NCBI GenBank assembly: GCA_905207625.1
Contig: CAJLLT010000005.1
Location: 23,344-87,343 of the forward strand
Origin: an uncultured Eubacteriales bacterium
GTDB lineage: Bacteria; Bacillota; Clostridia; Oscillospirales; UBA644
Direction of reading: 5' to 3'
DNA: 64,000 nt
The notes under the pieces were generated by a model. That model did no database searches, was not told where the DNA came from, and was given only the letters and a program-made list of their open reading frames with translations. Positions 47,608-56,000 of the stretch are shown here, piece after piece; the stretch's first letter is position 1, and every line of letters starts with the position of its first letter. The translations under genes and the position numbers were made by a program.

Positions 47608-47692
47608 TGGTGGGGGAAGGTGGATTCGGACCACCGAAGTCAGAGACAACAGATTTACAGTCTGCCCCCTTTGGCCACTCGGGAATTCCCCC
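47608..47692 (-). tRNA. tRNA-Tyr (anticodon GTA), CCA encoded
   Basis: 85 nt. Acceptor stem GGGGGAA/TTCCCCC, anticodon loop CTGTAAA, long variable arm and T-loop GGTCCGAATCC. Confidence 0.9.
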
Positions 47693-47695
47693 ATA

Positions 47696-47770
47696 TGGAG
47701 CTGGTGAACGGAGTCGAACCATCAACCTGCTGATTACAAATCAGCTGCTCTGCCATTGAGCCACACCAGC
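47696..47770 (-). tRNA. tRNA-Thr (anticodon TGT), CCA encoded
   Basis: 75 nt. Acceptor stem GCTGGTG/CACCAGC, D-arm GCTCAATGGCAGAGC, anticodon stem-loop GCTGA-TTTGTAA-TCAGC and T-loop TTCGACT. Confidence 0.9.
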
Positions 47771-47822
47771 GTTTGAGTGCCGGTTTCCGGAAGATTTTCT
47801 TCCCCATCGCACTTGCCTGTAT

Positions 47823-47851
47823 ATTATATCACACCCTTGACGAAAAAGCAA
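47823..47851 (-). promoter_or_regulatory. Sigma-A promoter for tRNA-Thr/tRNA-Tyr
   Basis: On the minus strand: TTGCTT, 17 nt, then TGaTATAAT (extended -10), about 50 nt upstream of the tRNA-Thr 5' end. Confidence 0.5.
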
Positions 47852-47855
47852 TAGG

Positions 47856-47885
47856 GTAAATTGTAAAATTACTGTAAATTGAAAA
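47856..47885. repeat. Direct repeat GTAAATTG(T)AAAA x2 between divergent promoters
   Basis: GTAAATTGTAAAA at 47856-47868 and GTAAATTGAAAA at 47874-47885, an 18-nt period. Confidence 0.5.
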
Positions 47886-47907
47886 CTATTTGTGAAGCTG
47901 TCGACAC

Positions 47908-47936
47908 TTGACTTTTTGCGTCGGATAGTGTATACT
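47908..47936 (+). promoter_or_regulatory. Sigma-A promoter for the TPR/NTase-like pair
   Basis: TTGACT, 17 nt, TATACT. Confidence 0.55.
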
Positions 47937-47971
47937 ATTATTGTAGAAAGTATGCCTTTCGGAGGCGCTTT

Positions 47972-48763
47972 ATGAACACGGAAAAAGAAGACCGCTTTAT
48001 ACTTGAAGAAGCCTGTCCGGACTGCGGAAACGAATCCGGCAGAACCATTGATATGCAACGGATAACGGACAAGCTGGACCGGTTTTTTGCCAGGGACGAT
48101 CTGGCCGGAGCGGAAAAACTGCTTCTGTACTGGGAAAATGAATCCCGCACCAACTCTGATGACAGAGGGCTGTTGCAGATACGCAGCGAACAGATCGGCT
48201 TTTATCGCCGCACGGGAGAAAAAGACAAGGCTTTGGCGGCGGTGGATGAGGCTCTGTCCCTTATCGGAAAACTGGGGCTTGAAACCACCGTTTCCGGCGC
48301 AACGATAATGCTCAATGCCGCAACTACAATGAAAGCTTTCGGTCTTGCAAGGAAAGCCCTCGACTGGTATGCCGCCGCAGGTGAAATATACAGGGAAAAT
48401 CTTGAACCTGAGGATTTCCGCATGGCGGGATTTTATAACAATCTTGCCACTGCACTTTCCGAACTTGGACTGTACTCCGACGCAAAAAAAAGCTATACAA
48501 AGGCGGCAAAGATACTGGAGCAGCGCGGAGACGCCGACGGGGAACTGGCGGTGACATACGTGAACATGGCATATCTGCCGGATTGTGACAGCGAAAAATT
48601 CATGAAATCCGCCTGGGCACTTCTTGACAGCGACAAACTGCCACGGGACGGGAATTACGCTTTCATTGCTTCCAAATGCGCTCCCGCTTTCGGTCAATTC
48701 GGAATGACCGCTATCCGGGATGAACTGAATAAACGGAAGGAAGAGATATATGCAGGGTCTTGA
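47972..48763 (+). CDS. Tetratricopeptide-repeat protein with N-terminal CxxC
   Basis: 263 aa with CPDCGNE near the N-terminus. Several TPR-like helical pairs follow (ALSLIGKLG.., AGEIYRENL.., YNNLATALSELGLYSDAKKSYTKAAKILE). GGAGG RBS. Confidence 0.65.
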   Translation: MNTEKEDRFILEEACPDCGNESGRTIDMQRITDKLDRFFARDDLAGAEKLLLYWENESRTNSDDRGLLQIRSEQIGFYRRTGEKDKALAAVDEALSLIGKLGLETTVSGATIMLNAATTMKAFGLARKALDWYAAAGEIYRENLEPEDFRMAGFYNNLATALSELGLYSDAKKSYTKAAKILEQRGDADGELAVTYVNMAYLPDCDSEKFMKSAWALLDSDKLPRDGNYAFIASKCAPAFGQFGMTAIRDELNKRKEEIYAGS

Positions 48764-49676
48764 GCTTTCCGAGAGCTACTACAAAAAAATAGTCGCCCCG
48801 ATGATACATGAAAAATTCGGCAAATACGAATATCGCATTGCCGTGGGCCTTGTCGGACACGGTTCGGAATGCTTCGGCTATGACGACGAACTGAGCACGG
48901 ACCACGATTTTGATGCCGGATGCTGTCTCTGGCTGACAAAATCGGATTTTGCGGTATTCGGGCAGGACTTGCAGCGGCAATACGCTTTGCTTCCGCCGGA
49001 TTATATGGGAATACATACCGTAGCCTTCAGCCGGTTCGGCTCGGAAAGCAAAGGGGTGACCACCGTTGAAAATTTTTACCGGACATATACCGGAAGCGAC
49101 GGTGCGCCGGAAACGGACATGCAATGGCTGAGTATTCCCTCCCCATACCTTGCCGAAGCTACGAACGGAAAAGTTTTCAGAGACGATCTGGGAGCCTTCA
49201 CCGCCGTCAGAGAACGTATTCTCACGGGAATGCCCGAAGACGTGCGCCTGAAAAAAATTGCCGCGAGGTGCGCCGTTGCAGCCCAGACCGGACAGTACAA
49301 CTACATGCGCTGTATGCGCCGCGGGCAGATCGGTGCGGCGAGGTTGGCGCTGGATGAATTTGTCCGTGCGGCGGCTGATCTTGCGTTTCTTCTGGAAAAA
49401 AAACATGCGCCGTATTACAAATGGATATTCCGGGCAATGAAGAAACTGTCCCTCACGGATCTGGTGCTGCCCCTTGAATATCTGCTTACAGCCCCGGACG
49501 GAGACGGAAAGGCCAAGGCAGAAATAATTGACGGAGTGTGCGAAAAAGTTGCCGAGGAGTTACGCAGACAAAAGCTTTCCGGAGCACAGTCCGGATATCT
49601 TGAATCCCACGCGCTTTCCGTAACGGAAAGAATACATTCACCGAAGATAAGAAGCCTGCACCTTATGGAAGGCTGA
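48750..49676 (+). CDS. Nucleotidyltransferase-fold-like protein (DUF4037-like)
   Basis: 308 aa. N-terminus GLVGHGSECFGYDDELSTDHDFD resembles a Pol-beta NTase GS...D.D motif. It overlaps the TPR gene by 14 nt. The family name comes from memory only. Confidence 0.6.
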   Translation: MQGLELSESYYKKIVAPMIHEKFGKYEYRIAVGLVGHGSECFGYDDELSTDHDFDAGCCLWLTKSDFAVFGQDLQRQYALLPPDYMGIHTVAFSRFGSESKGVTTVENFYRTYTGSDGAPETDMQWLSIPSPYLAEATNGKVFRDDLGAFTAVRERILTGMPEDVRLKKIAARCAVAAQTGQYNYMRCMRRGQIGAARLALDEFVRAAADLAFLLEKKHAPYYKWIFRAMKKLSLTDLVLPLEYLLTAPDGDGKAKAEIIDGVCEKVAEELRRQKLSGAQSGYLESHALSVTERIHSPKIRSLHLMEG

Positions 49677-49712
49677 TATATAAAAGAATTCAATGACCGA
49701 AAGGAATACATT

Positions 49713-51911
49713 ATGGCAATCACTTACAGCGAAAAGCTCCATACCTTCCAGCTGGACGGAAAATCCTTCAGCTACGTTATAGGCGTATACCCCGAACATA
49801 TGAATTTTATTCAGCACCTGTATTTCGGCGCGAAAATTCCGGTAGGCGAAAACCTCAGGGACATGAACAATTTCGGCTGGCACGCATCCTTTGAAGCGGA
49901 ACAGGCGGAAATACTTGAACTTGATCCTCCGGAGCCCTTCTTCACCGATGTTACGGGCTTTGAATATCCCACTCCGGGAACAGGCGACCACCGGGACACC
50001 GCACTCTGCATCCGCAACAAGGACGGAAACAGTGTTACGGATATCCGCTACACGGGATACAAGATATACAAAGGCAAAAACCGCCTGACAAATCTTCCTT
50101 CCCTCTATGGAACGGAAGAGGACTGTGAAACTCTTGAGCTTTACGCAAAAGATTACTATACCGGCGCGGAAGTTACACTGATATATACTGTTTTTGAGGG
50201 TTCCGACGCACTTGTACGCAGTGCGAAGGTCTGTAACGGAGGTAAAGATGCGCTGAAACTCGAAAACTGTGCATCACTGTCCTTCGACCTCAAGACCATG
50301 GATTTTGATTTTATACACCTCTGGGGTCAGCATAACCAGGAGCGGAATCTTTCCCGGACTCCCCTTCAGCACGGAACCCAGTCCATTGACAGCAAACGCG
50401 GGGCATCCGGACATTACCACAACCCCTTCATTGCCCTGGCAAAACATAACGCAGATGAAAGAAGCGGCGAAGTATACGGCATAAATTTTGTTTACAGCGG
50501 CAACTTCAGGATTTCCGCTGAAGTAACCACCCTGGGAACGACCCGTGTCATGGCAGGAATAAATCCCTTTGAATTCAGATGGAATCTTCTGCCCGGCGAA
50601 GAGTTTCAGAGCCCGGAATGCGTTGCTGTTTATTCCGACGAGGGGCTTGGCGGAATGAGCCGGACTTTCCACAGACTGTATCTTGACCACCTTATTCCGG
50701 AACGCTGGGCTTACACAAAGCGCCCCCTGCTGATCAATTCCTGGGAAGCCGCGACCTTCGATTTCGACACTGAGAAGCTCATTTCCTTCGCGGAAACGGT
50801 AAAGGATCTGGGCATAGAGATGCTGGTCATGGACGACGGCTGGTTCGGACACAGAGACAATGACCGTTCCTCCCTCGGCGACTGGTATATCTATGAGGGC
50901 AAACTGGATCTGAAAAAGCTGACCGATAAAGTGCACGGAATGGGAATGAAGTTCGGCATATGGTACGAGCCGGAAATGATTAGTCCCAACAGCGACCTGT
51001 TCAGGGCTCATCCGGACTGGCACATACATGTTCCGGGAAGACCCGCCTCCCAGGGAAGATATCAGTACGTTCTGGACTTTTCCAGAAAGGATGTCCGTGA
51101 CAATATATTCGACCAGATGTCCGCTATCCTGGACAACTACGATATAGACTACGTGAAATGGGACTTCAACCGCAACGTGACCGAGGCAGGCTCCGCGTTG
51201 CTGGATGCGGACCATGCGGGAGAATTTTTCCACCGCTATATGCTCGGTCTTTATGAATTCCTTGAAAGATTTACCGAGAAATATCCGGACATACTCCTTG
51301 AAAGCTGCTCCGGCGGCGGCGGAAGATTCGATGCGGGATGGCTTTGCTATTCTCCCCAGATCTGGACTTCCGACAACACAAATCCCGTCTGCCGTGTAAG
51401 AATACAGTACGGAACATCCCTCTGCTACCCGACCTCCGCAATGGGCTCACATGTGTCTCATAAGGACAGAGCCGGAGACTACAAATTCCGCGGAACAGTG
51501 GCTATGGCGGGAACCTTCGGCTATGAGATGGATCCGAGAACCTTTACCGAAGAAGAGAGAGAACTCGTCCGTCAGCAGGTCTCCGATTTCCACAAATACT
51601 ATGATATGATTCATTACGGAGATCTTTACAGACTTATTACCCCCTATGACGGCGACGCAAGCCGCTGTGTCTGGAGTTATGTGTCCAGAGACAAGCGTGA
51701 GTGCCTCATGACCGCACTCTGCTACAGACACGGGTTTGAACCGAACTTCCTGGTAAGGATGCAGGGACTTGACGCAACCAAGACCTACTATTGCGAAAAG
51801 CTGAATCTGACAGCTTCCGGAGCAAGGCTCATGAACGCCGGAATAAACTTCAACGGAGACCTCACCAGTGAGGGCTGCGCGAAGGAATTCTATTTCAAAG
51901 AAGTGAAGTAA
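49713..51911 (+). CDS. GH36 alpha-galactosidase
   Basis: 732 aa with YVKWDFNR (nucleophile region), CSGGGGRFD and WTSDNT (acid/base region). Confidence 0.9.
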   Translation: MAITYSEKLHTFQLDGKSFSYVIGVYPEHMNFIQHLYFGAKIPVGENLRDMNNFGWHASFEAEQAEILELDPPEPFFTDVTGFEYPTPGTGDHRDTALCIRNKDGNSVTDIRYTGYKIYKGKNRLTNLPSLYGTEEDCETLELYAKDYYTGAEVTLIYTVFEGSDALVRSAKVCNGGKDALKLENCASLSFDLKTMDFDFIHLWGQHNQERNLSRTPLQHGTQSIDSKRGASGHYHNPFIALAKHNADERSGEVYGINFVYSGNFRISAEVTTLGTTRVMAGINPFEFRWNLLPGEEFQSPECVAVYSDEGLGGMSRTFHRLYLDHLIPERWAYTKRPLLINSWEAATFDFDTEKLISFAETVKDLGIEMLVMDDGWFGHRDNDRSSLGDWYIYEGKLDLKKLTDKVHGMGMKFGIWYEPEMISPNSDLFRAHPDWHIHVPGRPASQGRYQYVLDFSRKDVRDNIFDQMSAILDNYDIDYVKWDFNRNVTEAGSALLDADHAGEFFHRYMLGLYEFLERFTEKYPDILLESCSGGGGRFDAGWLCYSPQIWTSDNTNPVCRVRIQYGTSLCYPTSAMGSHVSHKDRAGDYKFRGTVAMAGTFGYEMDPRTFTEEERELVRQQVSDFHKYYDMIHYGDLYRLITPYDGDASRCVWSYVSRDKRECLMTALCYRHGFEPNFLVRMQGLDATKTYYCEKLNLTASGARLMNAGINFNGDLTSEGCAKEFYFKEVK

Positions 51912-52886
51912 ATGCAGTTTCTACTGATTTTTGCCTGTACTGCGGCGGCAATCGTCCTGATCTGTTACACACTGCTGAGAGTGTTTTTTTACAGATTCAT
52001 GGGGCCATGCCACGGTGACATGGAAAAAGATCTGAAAAAATTTGAGGAAAAGCTTTCCGAAACTCCCCTTGCGGATAAAATCCCCGAACTCCGCGAGGGG
52101 CGGCTTTGGGTCAGGCAGAAACCTCATGAAGACTTATACCTGACATCCGCGGACGGAGTGCGCCTGCATGCCCGGTTCTATGCTTCGCCGAGCCACACTG
52201 ACACAACCATAGTACTATGTCATGGGTGGAGAAGCCAGGGCGACCATGACTTCGGCTGTATATGTCCCTGGTATTCCGGGCGGGGTTATAACATACTTAT
52301 CATAGACCAGCGCGCCCACGGAAAAAGTCAGGGCAGATACATAACGTTCGGTGCGTTTGAAAAGTACGACATAAGGGACTGGTGCAACTTAATGGCATCC
52401 CGGGACCCCGACGAAAAAATACTTCTCGGGGGAATCTCAATGGGCTGCGCTTCGGCTTTGCTTGCGGCTCAGCTTCCCGACATGACACCCCGACTCAAGG
52501 GCGTCATTGCTGATTGCGGGTATTCAAACGCTTATGACGAGCTTCATTACGTCCTGTCCCCTGCCGATCACCTCTGGCAAAGAATACTTCTGAGGTCAAC
52601 GGTTGACCTTTGCAGACGCAAGGCGGGATGGGACCCTCATGACGTTGATACCGTAAAAAATATTAACGGCATAAAGGCTTCGGTTCTTTTTATCCACGGG
52701 CAAAAGGACAACTTTGTTCCCTGCTCCAGTTCCGAAAAGAATTTTGAAGCATTTCACGGCAAAAAGATATTGCTGACAGTCCCCGGAGCCGGACACGGAA
52801 TGAGCTGGCTGACGGATGAACCCCGGTGCGAAAAAGTTCTTTCGGAGTTCCTGGATTCAGTTCAGACAGTTGAGGATAAACGATGA
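51912..52886 (+). CDS. Alpha/beta-fold hydrolase with N-terminal membrane anchor
   Basis: Nucleophile elbow GISMGCAS, HGWRS, and a C-terminal HG pair (GAGHG). The ATG abuts the GH36 stop. Confidence 0.75.
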   Translation: MQFLLIFACTAAAIVLICYTLLRVFFYRFMGPCHGDMEKDLKKFEEKLSETPLADKIPELREGRLWVRQKPHEDLYLTSADGVRLHARFYASPSHTDTTIVLCHGWRSQGDHDFGCICPWYSGRGYNILIIDQRAHGKSQGRYITFGAFEKYDIRDWCNLMASRDPDEKILLGGISMGCASALLAAQLPDMTPRLKGVIADCGYSNAYDELHYVLSPADHLWQRILLRSTVDLCRRKAGWDPHDVDTVKNINGIKASVLFIHGQKDNFVPCSSSEKNFEAFHGKKILLTVPGAGHGMSWLTDEPRCEKVLSEFLDSVQTVEDKR

Positions 52887-54109
52887 AAACAACAAGACCG
52901 TATCCGGCATTCACTGTGTCCGGAAAAGCAGAAAAGGCATTGAGAGCGGGGCATCCCTGGGTTTATGCGGAGGAAATTTCGGAAATCGCAGGTGAAGTGA
53001 CCAACGGAGGAATCGCCGATGTATTCTCATCAAAAGGCTCATATCTGGGGTCCGGACTTATAAGTCTGGAAAGCAAAATAAGGGTAAGGATTCTTTCCCG
53101 CAACGCAAACGACCGTTTTGACAAAGAATTCTTTGCGCGGAGAGTCCGCTATGCCATCGATTACCGCCACACGGTAATGGGAAAGGACTTTGACTGCTGT
53201 CGGCTGATATTCGGAGAAGCCGACGGACTGCCGGGAGTTACCGTGGATAAGTACGGTGACATTCTTGTAACACAGATACTTTCCTTCGGAATGGAACAGC
53301 GCAGAAACGAGCTTTTCACCGTCCTTGCAGAGGAACTGAAAAAAGACGGAGTTCCGGTCCGTGGAATATTTCAGAGGAACGACGTTGCCATACGGAACCT
53401 GGAGGGGCTTGACCAGTATAAAGGCTGGTACGGGAACGGGCAGATCCCCCTCGGAACAGAAACAGATATCATAATTACGGAAAACGGCTTAAAATACGCC
53501 GTAGATATTGAAAACGGGCAGAAAACGGGGTTTTTCCTGGATCAGAAGTACAATCGCCTTGCGGCGGCGAAAATTGCCGGTGGCAAAAAAGTACTGGACT
53601 GCTTTACCCATACCGGATCATTTGCGATGAATGCGGTCCTGGGAGGAGCTTCCCATGTCACAGCGGTGGATGTTTCCCAGTCGGCAATAGATCTTGCCCG
53701 GTCCAACGCAAGACTCAACGGAATAGAAGACCGCATGGATTTTGTATGTGCGGATGTGTTCGATCTGCTCCCGGAGCTTTGCCGGGAACATAAAGACTAC
53801 GACATGATAATCCTTGACCCTCCGGCATTCACAAAGAGCCGCAAAACAGTGGCGGGGGCGGAACGCGGATACAAGGAGATAAATTACCGGGCAATGAAAC
53901 TTCTGCCCCGGGGCGGTTACCTGGCGACCGCAAGCTGTTCCCACTTTATGCCAAACGATCTTTTCATCAAGATGATCAACTCTGCTGCGGCAGATGCTGA
54001 CGTTCAGCTGAAGCTTGTGGAACTCCGCAGACAGGCTCCGGATCATCCGACACTTATGTCCGTTCCGGAAACGGATTATCTCAAGTTCTATATTTTCCAG
54101 TTGGTATAA
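52883..54109 (+). CDS. rlmI: 23S rRNA m5C methyltransferase, RlmI-like (PUA + class I SAM MTase)
   Basis: N-terminal PUA-like segment KALRAGHPWVYAEEI, then VLDCFTHTGSFAMNA and ILDPPAF. ATGA overlap with the upstream gene. Confidence 0.8.
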   Translation: MKTTRPYPAFTVSGKAEKALRAGHPWVYAEEISEIAGEVTNGGIADVFSSKGSYLGSGLISLESKIRVRILSRNANDRFDKEFFARRVRYAIDYRHTVMGKDFDCCRLIFGEADGLPGVTVDKYGDILVTQILSFGMEQRRNELFTVLAEELKKDGVPVRGIFQRNDVAIRNLEGLDQYKGWYGNGQIPLGTETDIIITENGLKYAVDIENGQKTGFFLDQKYNRLAAAKIAGGKKVLDCFTHTGSFAMNAVLGGASHVTAVDVSQSAIDLARSNARLNGIEDRMDFVCADVFDLLPELCREHKDYDMIILDPPAFTKSRKTVAGAERGYKEINYRAMKLLPRGGYLATASCSHFMPNDLFIKMINSAAADADVQLKLVELRRQAPDHPTLMSVPETDYLKFYIFQLV

Positions 54110-54113
54110 CCTG

Positions 54114-54143
54114 AAAAGCCGGGATCACCCGGCTTTTTATTTT
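54114..54143 (+). terminator. Rho-independent terminator after rlmI
   Basis: Stem AAAAGCCGGG / CCCGGCTTTT with an ATCA loop, followed by TTATTTT. Confidence 0.8.
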
Positions 54144-54327
54144 GCGGATAACAGTCCCGCCACACAGATCACAGCAGCCCTTTCACCGGGACCCGGTTTT
54201 TTCCGCAGAGCTCCCGGCTTTCCCGGGATACCGGGGAGTGTTCCTTCCGGGGATGATCACTAATCCTTCAATTTTAGGAAATACAGGTAAATCTGTAAGG
54301 ACTTTTTGCATTTTCGACAAAAAACTC

Positions 54328-54356
54328 TTGAAAATGTTGATATTATCTGCTATAAT
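54328..54356 (+). promoter_or_regulatory. Sigma-A promoter for the alarmone synthetase gene
   Basis: TTGAAA, 17 nt, TATAAT. Confidence 0.6.
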
Positions 54357-54410
54357 ATACCCAGAGGATGTGAAAATAAGAAGTAAGAATATACGGAACG
54401 GAGAAAAGAA

Positions 54411-55085
54411 ATGAATCAGATTCCCGAACTGTTGAGGCCTTCCCTGTCGGAATCGGACATAAAACTGCTCAGAGACAACGATTTTTCAGCCAACGCCAAA
54501 GAGTTTCTCTGCCGGATGCAGATATATTCGGCGGGGATAAAAAGAGTTCTTACGAAGCTTGAAATTCTTGATGACGAGTTCCGGGTGCGTTATGACTACA
54601 ACCCCATACATCATATAGAATCGAGATTAAAACAGCCCCGGAGCATCATAGAGAAACTCAAGCGCAGAGGACTTCCGGTAACGATGAAATCCATGAACGA
54701 GAACCTGACGGACATTGCCGGCATCCGCGTTATCTGCAACTACATTGACGATACGGAACGGATCGCCTCGCTTCTGGTCTCCCATAATGACGTGACGCTT
54801 GTCTGCCGTAAGGACTATATAGCCAGACCGAAAGAAAACGGCTACAGAAGCCTTCATCTGGTGGTCTCGGTACCGGTATTTCTGGCTTCGGAAACGGTAT
54901 ACGTCCCGGTTGAAGTTCAGATCAGAACCATCGCAATGGATTTTTGGGCAAGCCTTGAGCATAGACTCCGTTACAAGTCCTCAAACAAAGTACCGGCAGA
55001 TCTGCGTGACCGGCTGAAAGCCTGTGCGGTCGATATCGCAAGACTGGATGAGGAAATGCAATCTATACATAAAAGTCTTCAATGA
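54411..55085 (+). CDS. Small alarmone synthetase (RelQ/RelP-type GTP pyrophosphokinase)
   Basis: RelA/SpoT synthetase motifs DIAGIRVICNY, GYRSLHLVV and EVQIRTIAMDFWASLEH. There is no hydrolase domain. Confidence 0.85.
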   Translation: MNQIPELLRPSLSESDIKLLRDNDFSANAKEFLCRMQIYSAGIKRVLTKLEILDDEFRVRYDYNPIHHIESRLKQPRSIIEKLKRRGLPVTMKSMNENLTDIAGIRVICNYIDDTERIASLLVSHNDVTLVCRKDYIARPKENGYRSLHLVVSVPVFLASETVYVPVEVQIRTIAMDFWASLEHRLRYKSSNKVPADLRDRLKACAVDIARLDEEMQSIHKSLQ

Positions 55086-55105
55086 CAGAAAAGGAGAGAT
55101 TACCC

Positions 55106-55540
55106 ATGAAATTTTTTGAAGACCTCTCGGCAAAGATCACTGACCTGGGACAGACCGCGGTCGATAAAACCAAATCCTTTGCGTCCCGGACAAAACTTTC
55201 CGCACAGCTTTCCGGAGAAAAAAGCGCACTGGAAGAACTCTACCGCAGGATAGGCGAAAAGTTCTATGCGGAATCCAGGGAAGGAACGAACGGATCCTTT
55301 GAGGAGCTGTTTGAGGCTGTAGGACAGAAGATCGCATATATAGACAGCCTCCAGCGCCAGATAAGAGACCTCAAGGGCGTCAATGTATGTCATAAATGCG
55401 GTGCGGAAGTTGATGCTGACGTTAATTTCTGCCCGAAGTGCGGATGCAAAATAGAAAAGCCCGAACCGAAACCCGAACCGGAAAAAGATACGGAAACGGT
55501 GGAAACGGTCTGCAAGTCCGCTCCTGAAGCTGAAAAATAA
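55106..55540 (+). CDS. Coiled-coil protein with C-terminal zinc ribbon
   Basis: 144 aa containing CHKCGAEVDADVNFCPKCG, followed by an acidic PEPK-rich tail. AAGGAGAG RBS. Confidence 0.6.
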   Translation: MKFFEDLSAKITDLGQTAVDKTKSFASRTKLSAQLSGEKSALEELYRRIGEKFYAESREGTNGSFEELFEAVGQKIAYIDSLQRQIRDLKGVNVCHKCGAEVDADVNFCPKCGCKIEKPEPKPEPEKDTETVETVCKSAPEAEK

Positions 55541-55583
55541 ACCTCACTACCGGGAATCCTGAATATAGGCCGAATGTTTAAAA

Positions 55584-55622
55584 CTTCTGGCAAGTGTCAA
55601 ACCTTGCCAGAAGTTATTTTTT
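55584..55622 (+). terminator. Rho-independent terminator
   Basis: 11-bp stem CTTCTGGCAAG / CTTGCCAGAAG followed by TTATTTTTT. Confidence 0.85.
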
Positions 55623-55658
55623 GACGTTTTTATGGCAAAACTATTATTTCAAAGGAAT

Positions 55659-55682
55659 AAATGTTCGACATCTCGAACATTT
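55659..55682. promoter_or_regulatory. Perfect palindromic operator candidate upstream of the XRE/GT4/acyltransferase operon
   Basis: AAATGTTCGA-CATC-TCGAACATTT, a 10-bp perfect inverted repeat that ends 3 nt before the -35 box. Confidence 0.5.
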
Positions 55683-55685
55683 GTA

Positions 55686-55714
55686 TTGAAATAAAGTATT
55701 TTTTGTGATATAAT
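55686..55714 (+). promoter_or_regulatory. Sigma-A promoter for the XRE/GT4/acyltransferase operon
   Basis: TTGAAA, 17 nt, then TGaTATAAT (extended -10). Confidence 0.6.
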
Positions 55715-55748
55715 ATTGTCAACAAACGGTTCCCATGGAGGAGATATA

Positions 55749-56000
55749 ATGTCCGTAAGTTATGAAAGGCTCTGGCAAAGACTTGCCCAGCTGAAACTGA
55801 GGAAAAACGATCTGAGAAAGATTCTGAGCCCGAGTACCATAAGCAAACTCAATCACAACCAAACCGTATCTTTGGATATACTGTGCAAGATATGCCAAAG
55901 ATTACACTGCGATATAGGTGACGTGGTTCAGTTCAGGGAGTCGTCACCGCTGAAGGCGCTGACCAAAAAAACCGCAGCAAAGAAGGTGACGGAAAGTTGA
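55749..56000 (+). CDS. Small XRE-family HTH regulator
   Basis: 83 aa with HTH KNDLRKILSPSTISKLNHNQTVSLDILCKICQRL. ATG 55749 has a GGAGG RBS. Confidence 0.75.
   Translation: MSVSYERLWQRLAQLKLRKNDLRKILSPSTISKLNHNQTVSLDILCKICQRLHCDIGDVVQFRESSPLKALTKKTAAKKVTES

Noticed and set aside
47741-49406. Two long minus-strand ORFs (318 aa and 231 aa) opposite the TPR and NTase-like genes. The first begins inside tRNA-Thr.
   Set aside because: Overlap with a tRNA gene and its promoter makes translation implausible. The + strand genes have a promoter, RBSs and translational coupling.
54411-55540. Alarmone synthetase plus small downstream gene as a toxSAS toxin-antitoxin pair.
   Set aside because: The synthetase has the ordinary RelQ/RelP housekeeping motifs and length. 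The locus is flanked by core genes, with no mobile or defence context. The partner resembles a common Clostridial zinc-ribbon protein rather than known toxSAS antitoxins.
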